DNA from: Amoebidium appalachense
Lineage: Eukaryota; Protista; Ichthyosporea
DNA length: 64,000 nucleotides
NCBI GenBank assembly: GCA_963693365.1
Contig: CAVNZM010000008.1
Coordinates: 6,706,830 to 6,770,829, forward strand
Direction of reading: 5' to 3'
This document shows positions 1 through 11,983 of this stretch, piece after piece. The notes under the pieces are model-generated. The model saw only the letters and a list, made by a program, of their open reading frames with translations. It was not told the origin of the DNA and made no database searches. The translations under genes were made by a program, and so were the position numbers. Numbering within the stretch: the first letter of the stretch is position 1; each line of letters opens with the position of its first letter.

Positions 1-1095
1 AGTGACAGTCTGAGGACGGGGCCACTCAACTATGGCCCGGATTTTCTCCGGATCAGGGGCAAGACCATTACTAGACACAATATGACCTAAAAACTTAACC
101 TCCGGCACACCAATCACAGTCTTGCTACCGCTAATACGAAGACCAGACTCACCCAAAGCTAAAAATACTTTTTCACAATTATTAACTAACTCCTCAAATG
201 ACCTACCTTTAATTAAAACATCATCCAAATAAGGGTGGCATACATCCAAATGAGGGTGGAGAATTTTATACATTACCCGGCACAACATAGCTGGAGAGGA
301 GAGCAAACCCATCGGCACCACCTTGTACTGGAACAGCTGGTCACCCAGTGCAAAGGCAGTCTTCTCCTTGCTGCTCTCCTCCAACCTTATCTGCCAAAAA
401 GCTGCTTTTAAATCAAGTTTAGCAAAGTGAGTATAGCCGTGCAGCTGTGAAAGCTGCTCGTCTATGTTAGGGAGAGGCCATTGGTCTGCCTTAGTGATCC
501 GATTCAGAGCCCTGTAATCGTTCACTAGACGCCAAGACCCGTCGGGCTTCTTAACCAATAGCACCGGACTTCTCCACGGACTCGAACTATGCTCCACATG
601 ACCCTTTTTTAACATATCACTCACTATTATTAGCGCATCCGACAATTTATACTGCTCCATTCTATAGCTAGGCATCACTACCGGCCTATTATCACCTGTG
701 TCGATCTGCATTTCAAACCCTTTAACGAAGCCTACTTCGTTATCATCGGCCAGAAATGCAAACCGAGTCCTATCAAATAACTTGGCTAGCAATTTTTTCT
801 GTTCTACCGTCCAATCCCCCTCCTTCATACCAAACGGCAATACTAACTCCGGGTTACCCCCATCACAAGTGGATGCATCCTTATTCACCGGAGTGCCACT
901 TAACATTTCACCTCCTGTATTACATCGGTGCTGCTCGGGGTGAGGTTGAGGTACCTCCGGATATAGGCGGTCACCCTTAGCACCCCCCCTCCCCCCGGCA
1001 CACCAATGCCCCCGGGCAATTCCTGATGAGTTAGTGCATGTATGTGGGGGGCCAGGTCTGTGGCCACCCTGCCCCCCACGGTGTTGGTTAACCCG
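1..1095 (-). CDS. pol: Retrotransposon reverse transcriptase (partial, open to the window edge)
   Basis: Manual translation: SSSPWRSPVLLVKKPDGSWRLVNDYRALN...WPLPNIDEQL...FAKLDLKAAFWQI...KTAF...FQYKVVPMGLLSSPA...HPYLDDVLI...VKFLGHIVSSNGLAPDPEKIRAIVEWPRP. The frame is open from about 1095 to 1 and is -1 relative to the protease ORF. Confidence 0.95.
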
Positions 1096-2534
1096 TCAGA
1101 TCCACGGGTTAGACCAACACCCTCCCCCCCTGCCTGCACATTCTCACACCCGGGGTGACCCTCCTTCCTCTTGGGGGTCGGGGGAGTGGGACCGGTGCTG
1201 TCCCGGTCCCCCCCCCCATCGTGTCGGGTGACATTTTGGTGGCTAACGTTAAATAAAGTTGTTCCCCCTCCTCCTGAGTCACCCTTCGAGCCGGCATCCT
1301 CCTTTTGGGTAATAAGAGAGACCTCTATACTACCAATCTCATTAGTGAAACTACCGACGGAAACACCTGACCTAATCACTATAGGCTCGATGCCCGGATT
1401 GACTAATTCTATTTCTATTGTCTTATCCGGCCATACCCTACTAAGGGTCCATTGGGCCACCTCCTGAAATGGGGTTTTCGGAGTAAAAACCCCTAAATCC
1501 CCTATCCTAACATGATTGCCGGCCCGGACACGTACCGTTTGGCACTGATAAGGCTCGATTACTACTTCAGCTACCGTTCTAGCACCAGACTGATAACCGT
1601 CGAGCCCATCATGGGTTTTAATTTTAACGCCGGACTGCAATTCTAAAACATTCGTACGTTCAAACAAAGCATTCACATGTCTACGGAAAAATGGGGCTCC
1701 CAACAAAACACTTTGAGCTAAATCCTTAACCACATAACAAGCAACATGCATAGCCTGGCCACCTATCTCACACGGCAACACACAAACACCTTCCACAGAC
1801 ATACTACTATTATTAGCACTACCTAAGGCTGTGCTAGAAGCATCTAAAATAGGAATTTCCCCCCCGGCCTGATTAAAACGACGAATAAACGAAGCATGCA
1901 CACAATTAACCTGAGCCCCTCCATCGAGCAAAGCAACAGCCTTCAACTTACCATCAGCTAACCATAGGTCTATATAATGCCGGCTAAAACCACCTAAATC
2001 CTCCTCCAATTCAAGCAACACATCATCACTCACACCCAATCCCTGCCCACGAAGACTCACACCCTCGATACCTACGTGCAACATACCTACCTGTGGTGCC
2101 TGCACGGGTGGGGTGGGGTGTGTATGTGGTGTGGGTGGTGGTGGAGTGTGTGGGTGTGATGTGTGGGTGGGTGGTGTGTGTGTGTTTGGTGTATGTGTGG
2201 GGGTGTGTGTGGGTGTAGGTGTGTCTGCAACCGTCGTATGTTGTTGTGGTGGTGTGTTTCTACGTGTCTGTGCCTTCCCCCCCCTTCCCCCTTTACTCGT
2301 GTGTGTCCCCCCCCCTCCCGGAAACAATGGCACAGAAACCCCCTCCGGTGTGGTTAGAACAAACACCGGGTTGGGACAAGAAACACTGAGACCATCCACT
2401 TGTGGCTGGGGAACCTCCCCCAACCACAAAACATTCACACCATTCATACCTTTGGTAGAGTCACCCCACAAACATTCATGCCATACCACCTCGACGCTGT
2501 CTTGAGGACCCACGACGATGCCCGGCTCCCACAC
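900..2534 (-). CDS. Retropepsin-like aspartic protease region followed by a degenerate dUTPase-like segment
   Basis: ALLDGGAQVNCV catalytic-like motif, VLLGAPFF (ILG.DF-type) motif, then VVIEPYQCQTV...IELVNPGIEPIVIRSGVSVG, which resembles the dUTPase-like segment found after PR in some gypsy elements. Confidence 0.85.
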   Translation of the reverse strand: MWEPGIVVGPQDSVEVVWHECLWGDSTKGMNGVNVLWLGEVPQPQVDGLSVSCPNPVFVLTTPEGVSVPLFPGGGGTHTSKGGRGGKAQTRRNTPPQQHTTVADTPTPTHTPTHTPNTHTPPTHTSHPHTPPPPTPHTHPTPPVQAPQVGMLHVGIEGVSLRGQGLGVSDDVLLELEEDLGGFSRHYIDLWLADGKLKAVALLDGGAQVNCVHASFIRRFNQAGGEIPILDASSTALGSANNSSMSVEGVCVLPCEIGGQAMHVACYVVKDLAQSVLLGAPFFRRHVNALFERTNVLELQSGVKIKTHDGLDGYQSGARTVAEVVIEPYQCQTVRVRAGNHVRIGDLGVFTPKTPFQEVAQWTLSRVWPDKTIEIELVNPGIEPIVIRSGVSVGSFTNEIGSIEVSLITQKEDAGSKGDSGGGGTTLFNVSHQNVTRHDGGGDRDSTGPTPPTPKRKEGHPGCENVQAGGEGVGLTRGSDGLTNTVGGRVATDLAPHIHALTHQELPGGIGVPGGGGVLRVTAYIRRYLNLTPSSTDVIQEVKC

Positions 2535-2669
2535 GTATCGGGGCGGTGAGGGGGCAAAGGGAAGCTTAACCTGGGGTGGGGGAGGGTGAAGGTTCTCTGC
2601 AACCTGGGGGGGACCGATACTGTCCCCCCCCCCTCCCTCAGTGACCCCAGCTTCCCCCTCCCCCGGAAC

Positions 2670-4008
2670 TCAATAGCTCTTGTAACTACGGCAATATGCA
2701 GCAGAGTGCCCTTGCCGGCCACAAAAGTAACATGCACCAAAGAAGGGGCCAGGGGGGACTTCAAAACCTTGGCGCAAAGCATAACCGGGAGCCCGGTCAT
2801 GCTGGGGGGGCCCACCGTGTGCACCACGGCCCCCCCTTCCCCCCTGCCCCCCTCGGCCTCTCTCACCACCATTTCCACCCCCTCCCTCTACCCTGCCCAC
2901 CACCACGAGCAAGATAAGGGGCAAACCTCTCGGTGAACTGCTGCTGTTGTCCTCCACGGCCACCTCGGCCACGACCGCCGTGTCCACCCCGGTCGCCGCC
3001 ACGGCCACCCCAGAAGCCGAAGCCCCCTCGGCCAGAGAAGACGGCCTGGGAGAGCTCGGCAACCTGCTTGACCAACATGGTGAGTGCATCTGGCTGTTCA
3101 CCCTCTTTTTTCTCTTTTTCCCCCTTCGGTCCACTCTCCTTCTTTTTCTTGTCTACTTCCATCACCTCCTTTTTATCCCTCTTATTGAACTTCACCTCGT
3201 GCATGGCAAGCAAGTGACGTTTAACATGCAACACCACCTCATCTACATCATCATGCTCCCCAAACATGCGTGCAGTGTCTGTGTTTACAGAGAGAGCCTT
3301 ACGAGCAAACTCGAATTTTTCCCTATCACTCACGTCACCAGCTAACTCACAAAGGTCTTCAAAGACCCGATATTCCCTCTCAAAGAATGCACGAGCTTCT
3401 ACGGGGGACATATCTAAAGTGGGAAAGGTATACTTCCATTCTCTGAGCTGGGCCCGGAAGGTACGGCGCCGGTCGGCCGTCAGGTATCGGCCGACGAGCC
3501 GGGCCGTATACTCGAGCTCGTTTTCCGGCCGTGTGAAGGCCTCGAGCTCCCCGTCCACGTCGTCGGTGCTGTTCTCGTCCTCGTCGTCGGGGATGAACCG
3601 TGCGGCCAGACGTTTCTGGCCGAGTGTCCGGGACACCATCTCGTCCCTCCCCTCGTCGTACTGCTGCTCGTATATACGAGCCGTCACCTGGGGGGCCTGC
3701 TCGGCCCGGTACGGGTGCTCCTCCATCAGTGTGCATAAGTCGGCCATTGTTTTGTGGTCGATGCACTGTTTGATCATTAAGCACGAGGCCGCCACAGTGG
3801 GGGCCTTCTTTGTGTCTAACACTAGTGTGGGTGTGTTAGCTAGGAGTGTCCTAAGCCACCTAGTAGGTATTTCCGAGTCGTGTTTGAGTGTAAAACTGAA
3901 AGCTGTGGTCTGTCTAACGTCTAGTGTATGAACCTGTGGTACCTGTGTGTGCAGGGAGCTATCCTCCGCTGCCAATGCGTAGAACATGTCTACGTTAAAC
4001 TTAGCCAT
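2670..4008 (-). CDS. gag: Gag with RGG-rich nucleocapsid and one CCHC zinc knuckle (split over two frames)
   Basis: ATG at 4008 opens a 381-aa ORF ending in RGG repeats. CYFCGRQGHSAAYC (CX2CX4HX4C) lies in the overlapping frame 2670-3134, with the shift in a G-rich tract. Confidence 0.85.
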
Positions 4009-4108
4009 TGTGTGGTGTGTGCCCTAACTCGTGTGGTTGTGTTTATGTTTTTTTTTTTTTTTTTTTTTTTCCTGTGTGTTTGAGGTGTAGCAACAGCCCA
4101 GAAGGAAC

Positions 4109-4883
4109 TGTCACCGCGTTACCCTAGCGCGAAAAACCGCACTAAAAGAAAGGTGTAGCTTGTCGTATCCTATTGTATGTGTACTAGAGACGCGGCACTC
4201 TACTAAGTGTACACACACGAAAAGGAACGAACGTGTACAGGAAAACGGTAAAGTTTATTAAGACCAGGCTCCGACGGGCAAACTTAGATCCGTACGGATC
4301 GAGTCTAAGTTACGACTGAGGCCATCAAGGCCGTGCCCTACAAGATCATCATCACCTGGCCCCCTACGATGCCACATTCCATTAACATTCCGATCTACTT
4401 TTATCGTGCGCCTGCACGAGCTAAGTCGATCTACTCAACTAATATATTTATCCAAGTCTCACCCCTCACCCTCCCCCTAGTGGCACCGCAGAGTCTAAAT
4501 CTACATTTCATACTATCCTCCCCCCCCCTCCCTCCCCCCCTTTCCTCTACATCTACATATATAAATACGTTTGGCAACATATACTATCAAACCTTGCCAA
4601 TCCTTACAAAAGGGCTTCTGCCCGAACAATCACATTCCTAAGTCCTCCTACGATCTATCCTACACACTAATTAGAATTCTATTGGACGGCTGTCCCGGCT
4701 GACGTGGTCCAATGCCCTGCGCCGGCAGAGGCAAGATGCACGCAGCTGTTCAGCTATCTTGAGGCCCCGGACTTGATCTTGATGATCTGTGGACCCGGGC
4801 CACCCCCCCCCCCCCCCCCCCCCCCCCCCGATCTCGATCGTAGACTTAGGCTAATCTGCTGAGACGGATTAGTATATGTCACA
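4109..4883 (-). repeat. Putative 5' LTR of the gypsy element
   Basis: TG...CA termini (TGTGAC start, GTGACA end on the minus strand), minus-strand AATAAA near 4253-4258, position just upstream of gag, and a diverged second copy whose similarity ends at the same boundary (8066). The 4109 boundary is less certain; no canonical TGG primer-binding site was found. Confidence 0.65.
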
Positions 4884-5267
4884 GTAAATGAGGCCACAGA
4901 CAAGTTTCAGGAAACTACCCGAGAAGCCCAAGCAATCATTTCTGAGGGTTTTGTAAACGCAAACAACACAATCAACAACGCAACCACACGTGCAATTGCA
5001 CAAGCCGAAACGGCAAAAGCACAATTGCGCTCGCACATGGAAAGTTTAGAGAGCCGCAGAGCCCCCACACGCGCGGAATCGCTGAGTCTTTTCCGTGTGA
5101 GTTACGGTAATGGTTTGGAGCTTGATGAAACCCTGAATACGGATTTGTATGAGGCGAAGGGGGAGGGGTTGCCTCTTACTCGTGTAGGCGTGTGGTGCCA
5201 AATTCGTGGTGTGAGAGTAAGGTGTGAGGGAGCAGAAAGACTAGTACGTCCTTGTTTGTATGAGTTG

Positions 5268-5303
<36 letters not shown>

Positions 5304-5479
5304 CTTTTTTGGTTTGGTCCCCTTGAAAAAAATTAGTATGTTTTTATTATTATTTGAATCAAATACTTATTGATTTCCTCTATATTTACTTATTTAGCGG
5401 GTTGGGGAGGAGGGGAGGGGGGGTGGGGGGGGGGACTTGATGTACTAAATGCTAGACTTTCAAGTATTGATTTAGATTT

Positions 5480-5570
<91 letters not shown>

Positions 5571-5736
5571 CACACACACACACAGGCTTTCACGCTTTCA
5601 GCTTCTTTTTTTTTTTTTTTTTTTTTCAAAGTTTTTTTTTTCCCCCGAATTTCCCTTTTTTTTTGCGGATTCCCCGCCCGATGGAGAGGCCCAGTGTGGC
5701 CTCCTGGGAGGGCGGGCGGGCGGGCGGGCGGGCGGG

Positions 5737-5776
<40 letters not shown>

Positions 5777-6032
5777 AACATAATCGAGACGGGCTCTGGG
5801 AGCCTATTTTTAGATACTAATTAAAATTTAACATAACGACCTCGACCCTTGTCGGGGCGGTATGTTATGCGTGGACGCATACTGTACATACATTTGGCAG
5901 ATTGCACTCTCCGATATTGCCAATATTTACAATGGCATCTGCTCGAACTTATTGCATTCCAAAGTCCTCCTAAGATCTATCCTATACACTATTCTAATTA
6001 TTCAAGTTGGTCGGCTGCTCCAGGCTGACGTG

Positions 6033-6449
6033 CAGGGTAGGGATTACGAAAAAAATCGTCGTAATTACGATTAACGAGAGACCCGGATACGAATAAGGTC
6101 AGGGTACCGTCGTAACAGCTTTCGTATCAGGTGTGTAGCATTATAAACGCTTAAATATGTAATTTTCCCTATTTTTTCAATATTTCTGTTCAAGAACAGC
6201 ACATTCCCCCCCAAGAGCATATCTACAGCGCTTCTCATGTGCAATATCGAGCCCCGATAAGTTTTCAGGGCTTGTAATCTTGCGGTACTCAATTTGTAAA
6301 AACACGTATTTTGAGTTTTGCGACTGGAGGGGCGTTTTAGGCGGGGCGCGCAGCTCCCCAAGAACCCACCCCGTTACGATTAAGAAATTGTCCGTTACGA
6401 TTGGCCAAAGGGCGATACGGTTAAGCCGGCGAACCCCAGCCCAACCCTG
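6033..6449. mobile_element. Non-autonomous hAT-type MITE (417 bp)
   Basis: TIRs CAGGGTAGGG / CCCAACCCTG. 8-bp TSD CTGACGTG (6025-6032) / CTGATGTG (6450-6457). The empty site CTGACGTG is present once in the intact LTR copy near 4700. Confidence 0.88.
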
Positions 6450-6560
6450 CTGATGTGGTCCTGCCCTGCGCCTGCAGAGACAAGACGTCCGCCGCTGTAC
6501 AGCTGATCTTGAGGCCCCGGACTTGATCTTGATGACCTGTGGACCCGGGCCACCCCCCCC

Positions 6561-6611
<51 letters not shown>

Positions 6612-6612
<1 letters not shown>

Positions 6613-7945
6613 AGGGATGTGTCGGTCACTGGCCGGGTGGGTCTCGGGCGGGTTTACGCAAAGGCCGGGTGGATCTCGGGCCGGGTCGTCCCTTTTTCGG
6701 TCCAGACCGGGTTGGTTCTCGGGTCTTGGACCCTTTGTGATCGGGTTGACCCGCGGGTTACTAGTACCAAATGCGAAAACCTCGGGTGTTCGCCCGGACT
6801 GGCCATATACGTTTGTACATGTATTCGTGTGTGTGTGTGTGTGTGTGTGAGTGTATGTGTGTGCACGTGTGTGTGTGTGTGTGATATGCTTGCGTGCGTG
6901 CGTGCTGTGTGTGCATGGCATGTGCTCGCGGTGTGTGTGTGGCTTTTCCACGCATGGTGTCTACATGTGAACAGACAGTGCTCGTGTGCTTGCGGCTTAC
7001 TTGATTATATAGAGCTTGGTTGTGGTGACTAAAGCAAACACAACGTAACGTGCACAGCAGTTACGATTGTCTCTCTCTTTTTTCTTTTTCTTTTTCTTTT
7101 TCTTTTTATATTTTTTATATTAAAGCGCTAGCGCCTAGCCTCAGTACTCTACTACTGTAGCTAACTATGCCTCGGCAATGTTTATACTACCATATATGGA
7201 CATGAATAAAATACTGTATTGTTATTGGTTCACTGTGCAATCCCTAAAAACCACTGCAATTATCAATCCACATTTACTACTTATATATGGTTACGATATT
7301 CCGAGCGTCGGGGTGTGATCTGATTGGATGACGACACGACCTTTAACTTCAGTTAGTCTTGCCGTGATTGGCCTAGAGCGCACTCACCGAAATAACCAGG
7401 CTATGGACATTTCTATTGGGTTAGAGGAATCGAATAACCGGGTTAATGGGTGAGTGCGCTGCTAGCCAATCAAAGCGATCACTAGGAAAATGAGCCTGAA
7501 ATATGAATGTAATGATATATGAATCAAATAACCGAGTTAAAGTTTGCATAATGTATCAATAAAGTGAATGCTAAATCTTTATGGGTCATATCGTAACCGG
7601 ATCATGTCGGCTCGTGTCCTCGCTCGACCTCGTTATTTCGGCTCGCCTTGACGATTATTTTGGCTCGCCTATCGGCTCGCCAAAATAACCGACGGCTCGC
7701 CGAAATAACTTCGGTCTCGCTCGGCCACTCGCCCCATGACTCCTGATTAATATATCATGCTTTATACCCTGTCATTGACCCGGCGGGAACTGACCGGGTC
7801 AGAGCCATCGGTCGGGCTGGGTACGGGTCTGACCCGCCGGGTCATAAAGCCGACCGGGTTTGAGCAAAAATGCCCCGGGTCGGGGTTGGGTAACGCCGAC
7901 CCGGCCGGGTTGGTTCTTGGGTCGACCCAACCCGACACATCCCTG
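6612..7945. mobile_element. Non-autonomous hAT-type element (1334 bp) inserted into a poly-C tract
   Basis: Perfect 14-bp TIR CAGGGATGTGTCGG / CCGACACATCCCTG, followed by exactly 8 C (a candidate TSD). Many subterminal CGGGT/GACCC motifs at both ends. The host LTR sequence resumes after it. Confidence 0.88.
7281..7755. mobile_element. Crypton-like non-autonomous element with a long terminal hairpin, nested in the hAT element
   Basis: GGTTACGATAT (7289) is inverted at 7588, followed by a ~145-nt imperfect hairpin (7599-7743) centred on GCTCGCCTATCGGCTCGC. The family assignment rests on resemblance only. Confidence 0.5.
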
Positions 7946-10283
7946 CCCCCCCCTCCCCCCCCCCCCCCCCCCCCCCTCGAGGCCTCCCCCCCCCCCCCCC
8001 CCCCCCCCCCCCCCGACCTTGATCTTTGACTTAGGATGATCTGCTGAGACAGATTGGTATATGTCAGCGACCTGGGTTCACCCGAATATGCCTCTGGGCA
8101 TGGCACAAGTAAGGGTATCTGATGTATCTTCCTCTGGGCCGCTGTGATTGTGGTTTTTGCCTGCTTAGACCATGAAGAACGGGTCAGACACCATAATATG
8201 TTGCTTATATCAACTTAACGCGTCTTTTTCCCTACCAACTTTTTAAATATACATACAAAGCCTGTTTTCTATTGTAGTTTTGGACTTTATGTACTTTAAA
8301 TGACTTTGGACTATGACCTACTTAGTAGATCTGAGCCCAACTTTTGAGTCTCCGCCGATCAATTATGGATCTGAAATTGGTCAAACCTTATATGGCTTAC
8401 CTGCAAGATTCGGATCATCTGATTGGCCTCGCTTTCCGAAAGGGCTAGGGTAAGGGCTGCCCTCACCCGATCGGGGCCGAGGCGCAAATATAAAGGCTCT
8501 GAGGTGCATGTTTCACTCGTTTCTACTTAGAAAACCGGCTTTGGTTCATTATGAAAAGTCGTCGGAAATAAAAAAACGCGTAATAATGACATAGGGTGTC
8601 GAGAATGTCCGACGCTTCCTTCATCGTCAAAATCGGCCAAAATCTGTCCGGCCAAGCCTCCGACTGTTACGGCCCTGGCCGATCGTCTATGACAAAATCA
8701 TAGTTTTTTCTAGTTTTCACCATAAAATAAGCGGCGGACACCCCATGTTGCTTATACAATAAATGTGTGCCGCGTTATTTCTAAAAATATTAATTAGCTG
8801 ACCAAAACCTGTTTTTATTCATATTTTAAACTTTGATCACTTGATATATGAGTAGCCCTTCTCCCAGCCCTTCATTACGTCATCGCATTTTTTGGAGCAA
8901 AGCAAACACATAAAGCAATCAGAACTAGTGTATCCGCCGAGTATCCGTTGCAACTGCGACCCCCAAACCATGGATGCTCGGTATAGTCAATGGACGTCGT
9001 TAAATGGGTTACAAGTTTAAAAGCCCCTTCGTGTTCCTAAGACACATTTGCACAAGACCAAGGATATGCAAGCTTCGAAAGAAAAGTCCAGCAGACCATC
9101 TTCTGTAGACCATGGGCCAAACAAGTTGAGAGCGACTCCGCGCATGCGTTCCGCTCGTACGAGGTCGACAGAACGTTCCATGATTCGAGACAGCCAACCA
9201 CGCCACGATTGGTTGTGCCAACTTCGTGCCATCCTGAAAGCCAACCAGATCACAACTTGGTGTTGAAGAAATGAAGATTAAATGCAATACTCGGAACTTT
9301 TTAAATATATATATGATTTTAAAAACTCTCTCAAAAAAGTTAGTGCATAGTGTTAAAAGTTTTGTAAAACTTAATATCTATTTGTGGATTCATGATATCA
9401 CGGCGTGCAAATAGTCACGGAAAATCAACAGCCTTGTGTTACGGTTACGGTAAGCATGCTGACTTATAGATTACTAAGTACCATAATCAAATCCCTCTCC
9501 AAAAAAAAACAAAAAAAAAAAACAACTTAATAATGGCACATGTTCTCACTCAAACATCGTTTTGTGTGTAGTTCTTCAGACTCTACGGCTTGGAAACAAT
9601 TTGCAATCTCACCTTCAAGGAAAGCCATTTATATAATTCCTATTGGCTACAAATCACATTGCTGTTGATGGCGTGCACACCACGTAAAGCTTACACCGAG
9701 GCCAAACTTTCGGCACAAAACATTACATGCCAAAAGGAGGTGTATGTACGTTTTCCGCTCCCTGTTTTCATTCTGGCCTTTCTCTCCCTCTCTCCTGGTT
9801 TTCATGGCTTAGTTACTATACTCCTTAACCCATAATTTTTCTCTCACAAACTATCAAAATTAAGTGTGCGTGTGTTCTGCACATAAGAAACGGCGTCGAC
9901 CAACACCTGTTAAGGTCCAGGTTAGGAGTTCGCGGGTATATCTGACAACCAGAGGCACATCACAAGGAGACACAACAGTAAACAGTCACCACAGCATGAT
10001 TGCATAATGCGTATTTACAGCCAATTTAACCATTCGCATTACTGCACGGTGTGACCTGCTAGAATCTAGACCGAACAAAAGTAGATCATGGTGGTCCTAA
10101 CCCTATTTCAGCCCTCCCCTCCTCCCTCCCCCCCCTCCCCCCCCCCCCCCCCCCCCCGCCCCGTTTTCTCCCTGATGTTATCTATTTCCCACGCACACCT
10201 ATTGCTTCCTATCACGTTTTCTGGATGCTTTTTATTGTTCTAAGATCTCACGTTATCCCTCCACAGCTTTAGGACGCGCAAAA

Positions 10284-11946
10284 ATGGGTTTTGTCGACTC
10301 CCTCTTCACGGCTGTGGCCACCTGGTTCCAGTCTGCCTCCACAGCGGTGTGTCCTCTTTCCCTCCGGGATCTTTTCTACCCTCTCCGCTTCTCTGTTTTG
10401 GCAAATGCCTAATCGGTTTACAACTTGAGTTGTCATCATGTGGTTGTGTTTGCGATTGTGTTGTAACTACGCCAGAGTATTCTTAGTGCCCACTCTCTGC
10501 GCCCTAAACCAGAATCACCAATTCAGTCAGATTTGTCATCAAATAGTAAGTTAGGTGTTTTGCCGTCACATCAAACAGGTTTAGCTTCGTGTTCTGCACT
10601 TTTATTTTGCCTCATAAACCTCACTTTGTTTTATCCGGCAATTTCTCATTGCACTCCCCCCCCCCCCCCCCCCCCCACCACCACCACCACCTCCTCCTCC
10701 TTCACTCTGATCCGGTTTACCTACCCCTCCCCTTTATCCCTTCCCCCTTTCCCCCCCCCCCCCTCCCCCCCCCCCCCCCTTCTCCTCCCCCCTTCTCCCC
10801 TGTTCTTTGATGCATGGCTTTTTTGGGGTGTAGAAAGGCACACCGAGTTCCGGATGATAACTCCTAACTCTTCCCCTTTTGCACGCCGCTTTTTTTCATA
10901 TACATTGTGCTGCCTCCCCTTCCCCCGCGCTCGCCCCACACATGCTCTTCTCCCCCCCCCCCCCCCCCCCCCCCCCCTCCTCCTCCCCCTCACCACCACA
11001 CATACATACAGCTGCCACGCCCCACGTTCAAACACACACCCAAACACACAAACCTACGTGCACATGCACACAAACACCATGTAGGAGGTGGCTTTGGTGG
11101 TTTCAGCCATCTCCCTCTCGACCCTTTATGTTGCCAAGTCCGTTTTGAACAAGCCACCCAAGGTAGCCAGCCACCCCCCCTCCCCCCCCCCCCCCCCCCC
11201 CCCTCCCCTCCCCACCCATTACTCACGTCTTTCCTGCCCCCCCGCCCATTCTCAGCTCCTGTGTTGTATTTCCATTAATTATATTTCCTCTTTAGATTAT
11301 TCATGCATATCGTTCCTAGGTCAGCTATTACCCTGCCCTGAGTTATACATGTTTTCGTGTTTAAAGAAAGCAACCCCTCCCCCCCCCTTCCCCCCCCCCC
11401 CCCCCCCCCCCCCCCCCCGCCCCTCCCCCTCTGCCCCGCTCTTCCCCAATACCCGACCACCTACCCACCCACCCACCCCCCGATCCTCTCGGCACACCCC
11501 CCGGTCTCTTAGACCATTGGTTGTCGTAAGGAGGTGAATAGGGTTGGGTAGGTGTTTGGGAGGTGGTGGTGGGTATGGACCGGAAGGAAAGAGATGGAGA
11601 GAGGGGGGAGGGGGGAGAATGTGCAACCCACAGAATTGTGCTACTCCCTTTCTTTCTGTATGGTTGCTTGCTGGACACACGAGTTATGAAAGAGCACAGA
11701 GCATGGTCTTGCTGGAGTGAACAATTATCTCTAACACTACGATCAATCCCCCCCCCCCCCTCCTCGGGGCCCACCCCCGCCAAGTGCTATGTACTTGCAC
11801 AACTCTTTGGTGGCTGTGTTGTTTTTTGATATGTTGAGTATCTCATTTTTAGAACCCCGATGCAAACCTCAACACCCCTATCTGCCCCCCCCCCCCCAAA
11901 AAAAAATAAAAAAAATCAAACCCGCCCTTCTCATGCCTTCCCACCG

Positions 11947-11983
<37 letters not shown>

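Larger units (their letters stand above)
1..4883 (-). mobile_element. Ty3/gypsy (Metaviridae) LTR retrotransposon, 5' portion (LTR-gag-PR-RT), truncated by the window edge
   Basis: Minus-strand order is LTR, gag, CCHC knuckle, aspartic protease, RT. RT follows PR with no intervening integrase (gypsy order), and the RT motifs are gypsy-type. Confidence 0.95.
5885..8066 (-). repeat. Diverged partial copy of the same LTR family, interrupted by two DNA transposons
   Basis: Three collinear blocks (about 5885-6032, 6450-6611, 7946-8066) align to about 4560-4881, e.g. AAGTCCTCCTA.GATCTATCCTA.ACACTA, ATCTTGAGGCCCCGGACTTGATCTTGATGA.CTGTGGACCCGGGCCACCC and GACTTAGG.T.ATCTGCTGAGAC.GATT.GTATATGTCA. Confidence 0.85.

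Noticed and set aside
900-1095. Programmed -1 ribosomal frameshift between PR and RT
   Set aside because: No canonical slippery heptamer with an A/U-rich second triplet, the position is atypical for gypsy elements, and G-run length errors are evident elsewhere in the window.
8197-8850. Two weakly similar AT-rich blocks starting ATGTTGCTTATA (~8198 and ~8746)
   Set aside because: Too degenerate to define an element or its boundaries by eye.
9390-10260. Possible sterol-regulatory (SRE/E-box-like) sites upstream of CYP51
   Set aside because: Only partial TCACG matches, at a frequency expected by chance; the transcription start is unknown.
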